Positions 20,855-31,399 of a stretch of DNA of 64,000 nt are shown here, piece by piece. Under the pieces are notes generated by a model that saw only the letters and a list, made by a program, of their open reading frames with translations, did not search any database and was not told the DNA's origin. The first letter of the stretch is position 1, and the number at the start of each line of letters is the position of its first letter. The position numbers and the translations under genes are program-made. This stretch comes from Promethearchaeota archaeon (GTDB lineage Archaea > Asgardarchaeota > Lokiarchaeia > Sigyniarchaeales > SOKP01), in the NCBI GenBank assembly GCA_019058365.1, contig JAHPZE010000020.1, forward strand, positions 13,714-77,713. Direction: 5' to 3'.

Positions 20855-21628
20855 ATGTTAAAAAAAGAATTACTACAGATTCTTAATCTTATTGGATTCA
20901 TTGCTACAGTGATTGTTAATTTTTTAGCAATTGCTTTACCAATTGGACTTGGTACTACTCAAGAGTTATCTGATGCGATACCAAACTTGTTCGTTCCAGC
21001 GGGAATTACTTTTTCAATTTGGAGTGTCATCTATATCTTTTTAGGACTATTCTCTATTTATCAAATGAGAGATATATTTAAAAATAACAAGATTGAAATG
21101 AAATACTTAGATAGTATCGGATATTTCTTTATTATTGGGAGTTTAGCTAACGTATTATGGATAATTGTATGGCATTATAAATTGGTTCCTTTATCTCTAG
21201 TTTTTATGATAATTCTATTGATCTCTTTATTATTTATCTATACTAAACTAAATATCGGTAAATCAAATGCCTCTAAAATGGAAAAAGTTGCTGTACATAT
21301 ACCATTCAGTATATATCTAGGTTGGATAACAGTTGCAACAATAGCAAATGTAACTGCAGTTTTAGTCGTTCTTGGAGTGAGTAGTTTTGGATTATTAGCA
21401 GAAATCTTAACAATTATAGTAATAATTGTGGCTGTGTTCATAACTATTTCTATGCTTTTATTACGGAACGATTTCAATTACAGTTTTGTAATTGTCTGGG
21501 CGTTATTAGGGATTTTCATTAAGCAAATAACTAGTAACTTAACAATAGCAATAACTGCGTTGATCTCAGGTGTTTTAATCCTTGTGGGAATTGTATATAT
21601 AATTATTCGAGAGAAAAAATTGCCTTAA
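20855..21628 (+). CDS. TspO/MBR-related tryptophan-rich membrane protein
   Basis: FVPAGITFSIWSVIY, PFSIYLGWITVATIAN; about 8 TM. Confidence 0.8.
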   Translation: MLKKELLQILNLIGFIATVIVNFLAIALPIGLGTTQELSDAIPNLFVPAGITFSIWSVIYIFLGLFSIYQMRDIFKNNKIEMKYLDSIGYFFIIGSLANVLWIIVWHYKLVPLSLVFMIILLISLLFIYTKLNIGKSNASKMEKVAVHIPFSIYLGWITVATIANVTAVLVVLGVSSFGLLAEILTIIVIIVAVFITISMLLLRNDFNYSFVIVWALLGIFIKQITSNLTIAITALISGVLILVGIVYIIIREKKLP

Positions 21629-21753
21629 AACATATTTTTTTTCTATATTTTTTTTAAAGATAATCAGAAATTCGGATTGTTATTATCTCTTTAAATTCAT
21701 AATTTTCATTAAATACTTTTTAGATCCCTTTTTAAAAAAACCACGATTCTTAG

Positions 21754-22341
21754 TTAATTATATGATAAATAGTGTAAATTATATCGTCCTATAAAATTAC
21801 TATTTTTCCTTTTTTTTTTCAATTCGCTGACCATATTTAAAATTTTTGAATCGTTCTGAAGAGGATTTGTACTTAAATTAATTTTTTTTAGAGATGAAAG
21901 ATTTTTCAAAAATTCTGGAAGAATTTTAATTTCATTTTCACTTAAATCTAAATCTTCGAGACGACGTAAATTTTCTAATCGTTCAATTATTTTAATTTTA
22001 TTTTTACTTAAATCTAATCTTATTAAATTAGAGAGTTTATCTAAACTTGTAATTTTTGAAATTTCATTACCTTTTAATTCTAATTCTTCTAATTTACTAA
22101 GAGAATCGAGACCTTAAATTTCAGAAATAAAATTTGCTTCTAAATGAAGTTTCCTTAAATTATTGAGATGATTTAATCTTTCAATTTTATGTATCTTATT
22201 TTTTTCTAAATAGAGACCTTGTAAGTCTGAATTTTTATTAAGCCTTTTTATATCACTTATCTTATTTAATTTGAAGCTTTCTAAATATAGAGTTTTTTGA
22301 TCAATGGCAACTTTTTTGCCATTAACCTTCACATAATTCAT
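21754..22341 (-). pseudogene. SDS22-like leucine-rich-repeat protein interrupted by an in-frame TAA
   Basis: 22-aa LRRs continue in frame after TAA at 22114-22116 (ISEI*GLDSLSKLEELELKGNEISKITSLDKLSNLIRLDLSKNKI...). Confidence 0.85.
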
Positions 22342-22581
22342 ATTATAATGATATCAAACCTTATTTTTTAATATCACCTCTAAAAATTATAAAAGAAAAA
22401 TTTCTTCGGGTTAAGTTATAAAATTTTTAAACAACGGATAGTGTTTAAGACCAGTTTTTTGATTATAAAAATATCTAAAGATTAATAACGGTCTATAATG
22501 TTGCTATACCTTTTTTATTCAAATATGATTAATGGAAATTAATTTAAAGGAATAAAGCGATAACTATTTAGAGGTTTTATC

Positions 22582-23751
22582 ATGTATGATGTAGTAATAT
22601 CAGGAGCAGGGCCTTCAGGATCGCAATGTGCAGAAGTATTAGCTAAAGCCGGATATAAAGTTGCATTAGTTGAAAAAGATGCAAATTGGCGTAAGCCATG
22701 TGGAGGAGCAATCCATTCCAGTGTATTGAATCTTTATCCACAGTTGAAAAAATTAGATTATCCAAAAATAGTAGGTGTTGTCATGCATTCAGCAGATTAT
22801 CATAAATTGGAATTTAAAGGCGTTGGTGAAGAATATTCAATAATTATGGATAGATTGGAGCTCGATAATATAATGAAGGACGCGGCAGTTGATGCAGGAG
22901 CAGATTTTTATGATAAAAATTTATCTTTTGATTTTATATCTAAAAATCAGAAAAAAATTGGTATAAAAACAAAAACCCCTATTGGTATTAAAGAATATCA
23001 TGGAAACTTGATTATAATTGCTGATGGAATGAGTTCTAAATTGGCTATAAAATCGGGAATCCGATCAAAATGGAAAATAAACGAATTAGCAATTGGAAAA
23101 TGTGCAATTATGAGAGGGGATAATCAATTAGATAACGAATTTGTATATGTATATTTTAAATCATATCAGGGATATGGATGGATTTTTCCATTAGGAAATA
23201 AAAAATTTAATATAGGGGTGTTCACATTTGGGATTGATAATACTAAATATAACATACATAACGTTTATCAAGAGTTTCTTGATAATCCAAACATTAAGAA
23301 ATATATTCCAGACTTAAATTACAAGATAATGTGGTCAAGTGCTTATTCCTTTCCTGCAGAGGGAGTATTAGAAAAAAGTTTATATAGTGATAATTTAATG
23401 CTCGTTGGAGATGCAGGGGGTTTTGTTTCTCCTATAAGTGGTGAAGGAATTCAGACTGCTATTATCTCTGGTAAAGTTGCTGCAGAAACAGCTATTAAAG
23501 CTTTACAAGAGGAAGATTATTCAATAACTTCTTTAAAAAAGTATAAAACTCATCTTGAAATCAAGAATATCATAAGGAATTTCAAATTAAAACGTTCAAT
23601 GATTAAATTCTTTTTCGAAAATAATGGTAAAAAATTTAATAAAATGCTTGAAGTATCAGAAAATGATTTAGACTTTAGGAAACAATTAGTTAACATGTTT
23701 AGTTTTGGAGAAATACCTTCAAGGGATTTTCTAACAAAAATCAGTGACTAA
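22582..23751 (+). CDS. Geranylgeranyl reductase family (DGGGPL reductase-like)
   Basis: GAGPSG, KPCGG, YGWIFP, LVGDAGGFVSPISGEGI. Confidence 0.9.
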   Translation: MYDVVISGAGPSGSQCAEVLAKAGYKVALVEKDANWRKPCGGAIHSSVLNLYPQLKKLDYPKIVGVVMHSADYHKLEFKGVGEEYSIIMDRLELDNIMKDAAVDAGADFYDKNLSFDFISKNQKKIGIKTKTPIGIKEYHGNLIIIADGMSSKLAIKSGIRSKWKINELAIGKCAIMRGDNQLDNEFVYVYFKSYQGYGWIFPLGNKKFNIGVFTFGIDNTKYNIHNVYQEFLDNPNIKKYIPDLNYKIMWSSAYSFPAEGVLEKSLYSDNLMLVGDAGGFVSPISGEGIQTAIISGKVAAETAIKALQEEDYSITSLKKYKTHLEIKNIIRNFKLKRSMIKFFFENNGKKFNKMLEVSENDLDFRKQLVNMFSFGEIPSRDFLTKISD

Positions 23752-23798
23752 ATAAAAGTATAAAGGAAAATTTAAAAAAATTTTTAAATAAGTCTAAA

Positions 23799-24236
23799 AT
23801 GAAATCTGAGAAGTTAATTGTAAGAATAATTCAGAAAAAAAAAGAAGTTTATTATCCATTATTTACACTTTCAATAAGTTATTTTTTAAGCTGGCTTATT
23901 ATCATATTTGTTAGTTTCATAAATAGTCAAGTAACTTTGCCTTTTTTCTTTTTGAGTATTTCGATTTTACTTTTTATATATTCTCTTGATATAAATCATT
24001 TTTCTAAAAAAAGTGAATATTCTGTTTCAAAAAAACTAATATTTTTCTTACCTTTTACTTCAATAATTATTAATTTCCTTGTTGGGTTAAGATTAGCATT
24101 GTTAATATTTATCAATCTTTATTATCTAATACCTATTTGTATCTATTTTCTTATTTCAGTTTTAATTTTTTTTATATTACGCAAAGAAGTAATAAAATAT
24201 TATTTGAAAAAAAATAAAAAGATTATAAATAACTAA
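23799..24236 (+). CDS. Hypothetical 4-TM membrane protein
   Basis: Very hydrophobic 145-aa ORF in an operon-like arrangement. Confidence 0.6.
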   Translation: MKSEKLIVRIIQKKKEVYYPLFTLSISYFLSWLIIIFVSFINSQVTLPFFFLSISILLFIYSLDINHFSKKSEYSVSKKLIFFLPFTSIIINFLVGLRLALLIFINLYYLIPICIYFLISVLIFFILRKEVIKYYLKKNKKIINN

Positions 24237-24275
24237 AAAACCACTATTTAAGAACAATAGATTTGAATATTAACC

Positions 24276-25226
24276 ATGAAATCAAATGAATTGCTTTTAA
24301 GTAAAGAAAAAAGAGAGTCATACATTTTAATCTATATCCTTATCATCATCTTCATCACTGCAGTCCTAGTTGCTCTTAGAATTATCTTTTCATTTTTGCA
24401 AGAAGAATCTCCTGGATTGTTTATTTTTGATTTGTTAATGAGAAATAGAGATCTAAATTTTAAAACCAATTACGATTTAATGTATAACGGGATCATTCAT
24501 TATTATGAAAATGCTCCTTTAATTAATGAAAGAGCAATATATCTCTATTTTTGGTATTTTATTTTTTACCCCTTTTACATTATCCCTCAAGAAATTTCGC
24601 TCTATCTTTGGGATCTGTTAAGAATCATTGCTACGATTTATATCGCTATTAATATCAGCAAGATAATCAAAAACAAAAGAGACCTACTCTTTTTCTTTCT
24701 CTTTTCTTGTATTGGATATTTTGCTGACATGTATTTAAATAATACGAATTGGATAATTCAACTATTCTTATATGAATCATATATTCAATTAGAGAAGAAT
24801 AATAAGCTTTTATCAGGAATTTTTTTTACTATTTGTACGTTTAAAATAACCCTGATTATAATTCCGTTTATTTTTATTCTTATAAAGAAAATTAAAGGAA
24901 GAGATTTGATTTTTTATTTTTTACCTTTTTTAGTAATCTGTATACCTTATATAATTTTTCCAGAGTATTTTGCAATGATGGTTTCTAATTGGTTTCAAAG
25001 TATAGAAACAACATCTGGATTCTCAATTGTAAATATATTTTTAATATTTTGGCGTGTAATTCAACCTGCGCAATTAATGTTTTTGAGTGTTATAATAGTA
25101 ATTATTCTTGTAAATATCAAAAAGGAAAATGAAAAAACAAGAATTGGTTCTGTGATCTACGTATTTGTATCTTTTTTATGGGTGTTAATTTGGTTAATTT
25201 TTTTAGGATTAGCTCTATTAATTTGA
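24276..25226 (+). CDS. GT-C fold glycosyltransferase, GT87/DUF2029-like
   Basis: YLYFWYFIFYPFYIIP..SLYLW, YLNNTN, SGIFFTICTFK pattern; about 9 TM. Confidence 0.65.
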   Translation: MKSNELLLSKEKRESYILIYILIIIFITAVLVALRIIFSFLQEESPGLFIFDLLMRNRDLNFKTNYDLMYNGIIHYYENAPLINERAIYLYFWYFIFYPFYIIPQEISLYLWDLLRIIATIYIAINISKIIKNKRDLLFFFLFSCIGYFADMYLNNTNWIIQLFLYESYIQLEKNNKLLSGIFFTICTFKITLIIIPFIFILIKKIKGRDLIFYFLPFLVICIPYIIFPEYFAMMVSNWFQSIETTSGFSIVNIFLIFWRVIQPAQLMFLSVIIVIILVNIKKENEKTRIGSVIYVFVSFLWVLIWLIFLGLALLI

Positions 25227-25228
25227 TT

Positions 25229-25642
25229 TTATAAGATTTTTTCATGATTTTGAATGATAATCAACGTAAACGAAATATAAATAAATATCATACATGAGAA
25301 ACTATATACTGGAGCAAAACAAGCAAAACCATAAAACCTAATTAAAAAAATTATATTAAAACCAATTCCAAAAAGCAAGGCTGTTATTATTGGGACTTTC
25401 AATTTTCTATCAATTATTTTACTCCTTAAAGTAATTATTCCAGATATGAACATTATAAACGTTCTTATAGGCTCAAACAACGCTAAAAATAAATATAAAA
25501 CCATTAAAACTATTTGATTTAGAGATAGTAATTGTTTTATCCATGAGATTAGAATAAGACTAATTATAAATGATATTATTGTTATTAAGACATTTAAAAT
25601 AACTAATCCTACTAATAATTTATATCTCTTTCTAGTATTCAT
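25229..25642 (-). CDS. Hypothetical 4-TM membrane protein
   Basis: 137-aa hydrophobic ORF. Confidence 0.6.
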   Translation of the reverse strand: MNTRKRYKLLVGLVILNVLITIISFIISLILISWIKQLLSLNQIVLMVLYLFLALFEPIRTFIMFISGIITLRSKIIDRKLKVPIITALLFGIGFNIIFLIRFYGFACFAPVYSFSCMIFIYISFTLIIIQNHEKIL

Positions 25643-25846
25643 TAACCTGTTTTGCTTTAATCTAATTATAATAGATATCCAGATATCTAAAACCTATATC
25701 TTTAAACTTAGAATAAATATTAATAAAATTTGGATTCAACATAAATATTTTTATATTTAATTAAATTAATAAAGATTGGTTTATCCTTAAATGAAAATAG
25801 AATTGAAATCCTTAATATTTGAAAAAAATAGTTGATGTGATTATTT

Positions 25847-26599
25847 ATGTCTGAAGATGAAGTAATTTGCAATAATTGCAGAAAGCTGACTAAAAAAAGT
25901 CATAAATACTGTATGCATTGTGGTAATTTACTAACACCATACTCACCATTCTCATCGCAAGAAACTCAAGAAAATTTGAGAGATCCTTTCGAGACCCAAT
26001 CTATACCCTCAGATAAAATAGGTAAATTTCGCTTAAGAGACCTTAGTCCTGCCTATAAAGTATTAGCATTTTTTATTATCGTTGCCTTAGTTGATTTTGT
26101 AGCATCATTTATATTCATGTTTGGCTACCATTTACCATTAAATACTTATTTTATGTTGTTTGTAGGATTTTATATTTTATTTATGATAATTGTTGGGTTA
26201 ATATGGGCTGTAGCTGCAGGGTCAGATTTTACGAATGCAGCTTTGAAGGGTTGTGCCGCTCTTTTTGGTATTATCCTCCTCCTAGCAATTATTATTATAC
26301 CGATCTACGTTATATATGCTTTACCAGGTATTGTTGGTTCATTTTCTTTTTCTTCACCTGCACTTGAAGAATTAGGGCAAAAAATAACAGATGCCATTAG
26401 CAATGCGTTAAATAATTTTATTGGATCAATATTTCGAGAAATTAGCAATAATATTAAAACTTCTTGGGAAAATGCATTTGCAGATGTCGAAGTTCCTGGT
26501 TTCGAGCCATTCTTATTTCTTGGTTTATTTATTTCACTTTCTATATTTATTATATATAAGTACCATTTAGCTATAAAAAAAAATAGGATTAATAAATAA
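25847..26599 (+). CDS. Zinc-ribbon membrane protein with a C-terminal PGF/Loki-CTERM-type sorting signal
   Basis: CNNC...CMHCG, 3 TM, then VPGF + TM helix + basic tail (KKNRINK). Confidence 0.75.
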   Translation: MSEDEVICNNCRKLTKKSHKYCMHCGNLLTPYSPFSSQETQENLRDPFETQSIPSDKIGKFRLRDLSPAYKVLAFFIIVALVDFVASFIFMFGYHLPLNTYFMLFVGFYILFMIIVGLIWAVAAGSDFTNAALKGCAALFGIILLLAIIIIPIYVIYALPGIVGSFSFSSPALEELGQKITDAISNALNNFIGSIFREISNNIKTSWENAFADVEVPGFEPFLFLGLFISLSIFIIYKYHLAIKKNRINK

Positions 26600-26670
26600 G
26601 ATTATTTTTATTTCCTTTTTTTTAAATGACAGTAATTTAAACTGAATTTCAATATGCTATATGACGAAAA

Positions 26671-27330
26671 ATGAAAGAAAACCAAAATAAACAGTTGTAC
26701 GATTCTAGACCAACACTCCAATTGAATGAAAACACATACAAATTTTCAAATCTTCAACTTATTTATTTAATTATTGGTAGTCCATTATTGTCTATTTTCA
26801 TTTATTATTTTCTAAGACTTAGTCTTAATTATTGGATATATGAACTTACATCTATACAGATATCATTTTTCCTAAATTTATTTTTTAATCTGAATTCAAA
26901 AGTAATTATATATGCAGATCACAATATATTTCCTACAATTTATATACCTAACCACCCTTTTGAGGGAAGCTATGCTATTACTACAAATTGTATCGCAGCT
27001 CATATTTTTAGCTTTATGATTGGAATCATTATGTTTATACCATCATCAAAAGAGTCTTATAGTAAAAAGAGTTTTATGTGGAGAAAAATAAAAACATTAA
27101 CAGTTTCAGTTGTGGGTATTTATCTATTAAACATCTTTCGAATTGTATTTCTGCTATTTTTTAATTTTAAAGGAATACCGTTTGAATTCATCCATGAATC
27201 CTTATTTTTCTTATCTGCTGTAATCGGAGCTTTATTTGTTGTTATCGTTCTTAAAAATTGGTTACCGGAATTGTTTATATCAATCTATTACATATTTTGC
27301 TTAATTTCTCAAAAAAGAACAAATGAATAA
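26671..27330 (+). CDS. Archaeosortase/exosortase family transpeptidase
   Basis: Multi-TM protein with Cys (ITTNCIA), Asn-x-x-Arg (LLNIFRI) and His (FIHES) in exosortase order. Confidence 0.82.
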   Translation: MKENQNKQLYDSRPTLQLNENTYKFSNLQLIYLIIGSPLLSIFIYYFLRLSLNYWIYELTSIQISFFLNLFFNLNSKVIIYADHNIFPTIYIPNHPFEGSYAITTNCIAAHIFSFMIGIIMFIPSSKESYSKKSFMWRKIKTLTVSVVGIYLLNIFRIVFLLFFNFKGIPFEFIHESLFFLSAVIGALFVVIVLKNWLPELFISIYYIFCLISQKRTNE

Positions 27331-27484
27331 TATGATTCCATATCAACAATTTTGAAGACTCTTATATACTTTCATAATGTATAAACTTCAAAAAATTAGT
27401 TATAATTTGTTTATTTTTAAAAAAATAGAATCCCCATTTTAACCCTTTTCACCGTACTTCCAGCCTGGTTTTATTTATTTTTCA

Positions 27485-27503
27485 AAAACGTAACCTTTAA
27501 ATA
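27485..27503 (+). promoter_or_regulatory. BRE/TATA promoter of the chaperone operon
   Basis: A-rich AAAACG then TTTAAATA at 27496-27503, about 100 bp upstream of grpE. Confidence 0.55.
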
Positions 27504-27528
27504 GGCAAATTAATATTGTTATATTAAA

Positions 27529-27566
27529 GTATGTAAAGTTTCCATTGACAACGAAACATTACATAC
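27529..27566 (+). promoter_or_regulatory. Inverted repeat at the predicted TSS of the chaperone operon
   Basis: GTATGTAA-A-GTTTC-[10 nt]-GAAAC-A-TTACATAC. Confidence 0.6.
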
Positions 27567-27603
27567 GGGGAAAAAAGGGGTTTAAACCTCAAAAAATAAA
27601 AAA

Positions 27604-28332
27604 ATGATGTATATGTTTGAAAATGAAATGGGAGATGTGAGATCTATGGCATTTGAAGAATATTTTGATAGATTTATGAAAAACCGTGATATTTCAGGTA
27701 GTGGATCGAATCAGATTTCGATTACACGAAGCAATTATAAGGCTCTTAAAGCGAAAGCAGAAAAATATGAAGCGTTAGTGGAAGAACATAAAAAGATTAA
27801 AACTCAAAACGACCGTTTACTAAAAGAACTTGATGATATGAAAGATGATGGTCGTAAATTTAAGGAATTAGTGGAAGAAAAGGAAAAGTATTTGAATTCA
27901 CTTTTACGAGTACGCGCTGATTTTGAAAACTATAAGAAGCGTTCAGAACAAGAGAACAATAGATATAAGTCATATGTTATGGATGCAATGTTAAAGAAGT
28001 TAATTGATCATTATGATGATTTAGTGCGAGCTTTGAACTTGCTTAACACGCTTGAAAACATGGATGGCATTAAGAATGGATTTGAACTGATAATTAAGAA
28101 TTTTGAAAAGCTATTAGCGGAGGAGGGAGTGAAACCGATGAATTCTGAAGGTGAGAAATTTGATCCATATAAGCATGAAGCTATAATAATTGAAGAAGGT
28201 AGAGATGATCTCCCAGAAAATACGATATTAGAAGAAATAACTAAAGGTTATTATATAAAAGAAAAGATTTTAAGACCTGCAAAGGTCAAAATCTCAAAAA
28301 AATCAAAATTAAAAAATTTAAATGAAAATTAA
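27604..28332 (+). CDS. grpE: Nucleotide exchange factor GrpE
   Basis: LRVRADFENYKKR, GEKFDPYKHEA, KGYYIKEKILRPAKVKI. Confidence 0.95.
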   Translation: MMYMFENEMGDVRSMAFEEYFDRFMKNRDISGSGSNQISITRSNYKALKAKAEKYEALVEEHKKIKTQNDRLLKELDDMKDDGRKFKELVEEKEKYLNSLLRVRADFENYKKRSEQENNRYKSYVMDAMLKKLIDHYDDLVRALNLLNTLENMDGIKNGFELIIKNFEKLLAEEGVKPMNSEGEKFDPYKHEAIIIEEGRDDLPENTILEEITKGYYIKEKILRPAKVKISKKSKLKNLNEN

Positions 28333-28374
28333 AAAAAAAAAATGCAAATAAATATAAAAATGGAGTGATGAAAA

Positions 28375-30288
28375 ATGGGAAAAATAATAGGAATTGATTT
28401 AGGAACGTCAAATTCAGCAGCAGCGGTATTAATTGGTGGTAAACCAACGATTATTCCAAGTGCTGAGGGTTTAACCTTGGGTGGAAAGGCATTTCCCTCT
28501 GTAGTTGCTTTTACGAAGGATGGCCAGAGATTAGTAGGAGAACCTGCTAGAAGACAAGCAATCTCAAATCCAGATCGTACAATTACAGCCATTAAAAGGA
28601 AGATGGGTACCTCTTACAAGGTAACAATTGATGGTAAAGATTATTCACCTCAAGAAATTTCCGCAATGATTCTGAGGAAAATTAAAGAAGATGCCAGTGC
28701 TTATTTAGGGGAAGAAGTAAATGATGTAATTATTACTGTACCAGCATATTTTAACGATAATCAAAGACAAGCTACCAAAGACGCGGGAAAGATTGCAGGA
28801 TTGAATGTGAAGCGTTTAATTAACGAACCGACTGCCGCAGCAGTAGCTTATGGATTAGATAAGAAAAATGCAAGGTTAAAAATCGCGGTACTGGATCTTG
28901 GTGGTGGTACTTTTGATGTCACAATAATGGAGATGGACAATCAAGTTTTTGAAGTGATTTCTACAGCAGGGGATACTCAGTTAGGAGGTACAGATATGGA
29001 TAAAATTCTTGTTGATTATATAGTTTCTGAGTTTCAGAAAGATCAAGGTGTAGATTTAAGAGGAGATTCTATGGCAATTCAACGAGTTAGAGAAGCAGCA
29101 GAAAAAGCTAAAATTGAATTATCTACATCGATTACAACTGATATTAATTTACCTTATATTACCGCAACTAAAGAAGGTCCAAAGCATCTTAATATGTCTC
29201 TGACAAGGGCCAAATTGGAGCAACTCATTGAACCCGTATTAAAGAGATTAGATATTTCAATCTTAAAAGCTTTACAAGACGCTGGAATGGCAAGAGGAGA
29301 AATTGATAAGATTATTTTAGTTGGTGGACCAACAAGAATGCCCGTTATACAGAAGAAATTCGAAGATTTACTAGGTAAAACTCCAGAGCGTAGTATCGAT
29401 CCGATGGAATGTGTTGCAATGGGTGCTTCAGTTCAAGGTGGAGTATTAACTGGTGAGGTTGAGGATTTATTATTACTCGATGTGACACCTTTATCATTAG
29501 GTGTTGAGACTTTAGGTGGAGTTTTTACGAAATTAATTGAAAGAAATACCACAATTCCTACAAAAAAGGCTGAAACATTCTCAACTGCATCTGATAATCA
29601 ACCTGCGGTAGAAATTCATGTGCTACAAGGTGAAAGACCAAGAGCAGTAGATAACATAACATTAGGAAGATTTCATTTGAATGGTATTCCACCAGCTCCA
29701 AGGGGTATGCCACAGATCGAAGTAACATTTGATATTGATCAGAATGGAATTCTTAATGTGTCCGCGAAAGATAAAGGCACTGGAAAAAGTCAGTCCATAA
29801 CAATTACTGCCTCTACTAAGATGTCTGATGATGATATTGAGCAAAAAATTCGAGAAGCAGAGCGAAATGCCGAAGAAGATAGAAAATTCCAAGAATTAAC
29901 TGAAGCAAAAAACCATGGAGAATCATTAATATACCAAACTGAAAAACTAATGAAAGAAAATGAAGCTGTTATTGGAGATTTAAAATCAACAATACTTAAC
30001 AAGATCTCTGATTTAAGAAGTGCAATGGAATCTGAGGACGTAAGTCGAATTAAAAATGCTACAGAAGCTTTACAGAATTCATTACATGAAGTTTCATCTC
30101 GAATATATGGACAACAGCAAGGTCCCAATCAAGGGGCTTATCAAGGTGCACCACCTGGAGGTATGGGAGGTGTCCCACCAGGTGCAACATATGGATCTCA
30201 AGGAAAGACTCAAGATGAAATCGAAGAAGAGCAATTCAGAAGAGCAACGGGCCAAGATGACAATGTAGTAGATGCTGAGTATGACTAA
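28375..30288 (+). CDS. dnaK: Hsp70 chaperone DnaK
   Basis: [33 protein letters not shown]; lacks the N-terminal insert of proteobacterial DnaK. Confidence 0.99.
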   Translation: MGKIIGIDLGTSNSAAAVLIGGKPTIIPSAEGLTLGGKAFPSVVAFTKDGQRLVGEPARRQAISNPDRTITAIKRKMGTSYKVTIDGKDYSPQEISAMILRKIKEDASAYLGEEVNDVIITVPAYFNDNQRQATKDAGKIAGLNVKRLINEPTAAAVAYGLDKKNARLKIAVLDLGGGTFDVTIMEMDNQVFEVISTAGDTQLGGTDMDKILVDYIVSEFQKDQGVDLRGDSMAIQRVREAAEKAKIELSTSITTDINLPYITATKEGPKHLNMSLTRAKLEQLIEPVLKRLDISILKALQDAGMARGEIDKIILVGGPTRMPVIQKKFEDLLGKTPERSIDPMECVAMGASVQGGVLTGEVEDLLLLDVTPLSLGVETLGGVFTKLIERNTTIPTKKAETFSTASDNQPAVEIHVLQGERPRAVDNITLGRFHLNGIPPAPRGMPQIEVTFDIDQNGILNVSAKDKGTGKSQSITITASTKMSDDDIEQKIREAERNAEEDRKFQELTEAKNHGESLIYQTEKLMKENEAVIGDLKSTILNKISDLRSAMESEDVSRIKNATEALQNSLHEVSSRIYGQQQGPNQGAYQGAPPGGMGGVPPGATYGSQGKTQDEIEEEQFRRATGQDDNVVDAEYD

Positions 30289-30318
30289 TTTAGTTTTTTT
30301 TTTTATTTTTTTATTTTT
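30289..30318 (+). terminator. T-rich archaeal terminator-like tract after dnaK
   Basis: TTTAGTTTTTTTTTTATTTTTTTATTTTT directly after the stop. Confidence 0.45.
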
Positions 30319-30373
30319 ACAAATTCATATTTATAAAATTATTATTCATGTATATAAGAAGAGGTTGTAGAAT

Positions 30374-31384
30374 ATGGCAAAAGATTATTATAAATTATTA
30401 GAATTAGATAAAGGTGCTTCAAAAGAAGAAATTAAAAGAGCATTTCGTAAAATGGCTCGTAAATATCATCCTGATGTTAATCCAGATGAACCAAAGTCAG
30501 GAGAGAAATTTAAGGAGATCAACGAGGCCTATACAATTTTAAGTGATGATAAAAAAAGGGATATGTATGATAAATTTGGTGTTGTAGAAGGTGATACTTC
30601 TACATATCAGAATTGGGGTGGACCTCCCGGAAGTGATAGAGTTCATCAAAGTCCAGACGGTACAACCTATTATTATTCTACATCGGGTTCACCTGGAGGA
30701 TTTGATTTTAGTGAAATTTTCGGAAATCACAATAATTCAGGGAGTAGGAGTGGTGGATTCGATTTTTTTAATGATCTAGGTGACATTTTTGATGTTTTTA
30801 ATAGAAGGGGTCAGGGGAGTACAAGAGCAAGATCTTCAAATTATAATAATACTCCAAGAGAAGGAGATGACTTGAGATACGATATGGAAATAGATTTTAT
30901 GGATGCTTTTAATGGAGGAAAGAAGAAGGTTCAATACAATGATCCTACTACTGGTCAAATGCAATCGTTAAATGTAAACATTCCAAGAGGTATTAAAGAT
31001 GATCAAAAATTACGTCTAAAAGGAAAAGGTATGCAGGGAGAAAATGGTGGTTCTCCAGGGGATCTCTATATTGCTATACATATTAGAAATCATCCAAAAT
31101 TCGAAAGAAAGGGGGATGATATTTATGTTGAACAAGAAGTTCCCTTTACTACAGCTGCACTTGGAGGAAAAATTCAAGTTTTAGGAGTAGAAAATACTTT
31201 AAATGTAACAGTACCTCCAGGTACTTCAGATAGATCGATTTTAAGATTAAAAAGTCAAGGATTTTATAAAACGGGTTCAGAAGAAAGAGGAAGTGAATTA
31301 GTTAAAATAAGTATAAAAGTCCCTACAAAATTAAATAAATCTCAAAAAGAATTATTGAAAAAATTAAAAGAAGCTGGATTATAG
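30374..31384 (+). CDS. dnaJ: DnaJ/Hsp40, class B (no zinc finger)
   Basis: J-domain with HPD, G/F-rich linker, C-terminal domain; no CxxCxGxG repeats. Confidence 0.93.
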   Translation: MAKDYYKLLELDKGASKEEIKRAFRKMARKYHPDVNPDEPKSGEKFKEINEAYTILSDDKKRDMYDKFGVVEGDTSTYQNWGGPPGSDRVHQSPDGTTYYYSTSGSPGGFDFSEIFGNHNNSGSRSGGFDFFNDLGDIFDVFNRRGQGSTRARSSNYNNTPREGDDLRYDMEIDFMDAFNGGKKKVQYNDPTTGQMQSLNVNIPRGIKDDQKLRLKGKGMQGENGGSPGDLYIAIHIRNHPKFERKGDDIYVEQEVPFTTAALGGKIQVLGVENTLNVTVPPGTSDRSILRLKSQGFYKTGSEERGSELVKISIKVPTKLNKSQKELLKKLKEAGL

Positions 31385-31399
31385 GAGTGATTACATAAA

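Noticed and set aside
27529-27566. CIRCE element upstream of grpE
   Set aside because: The arms do not match TTAGCACTC-N9-GAGTGCTAA; reported as an unknown element instead.
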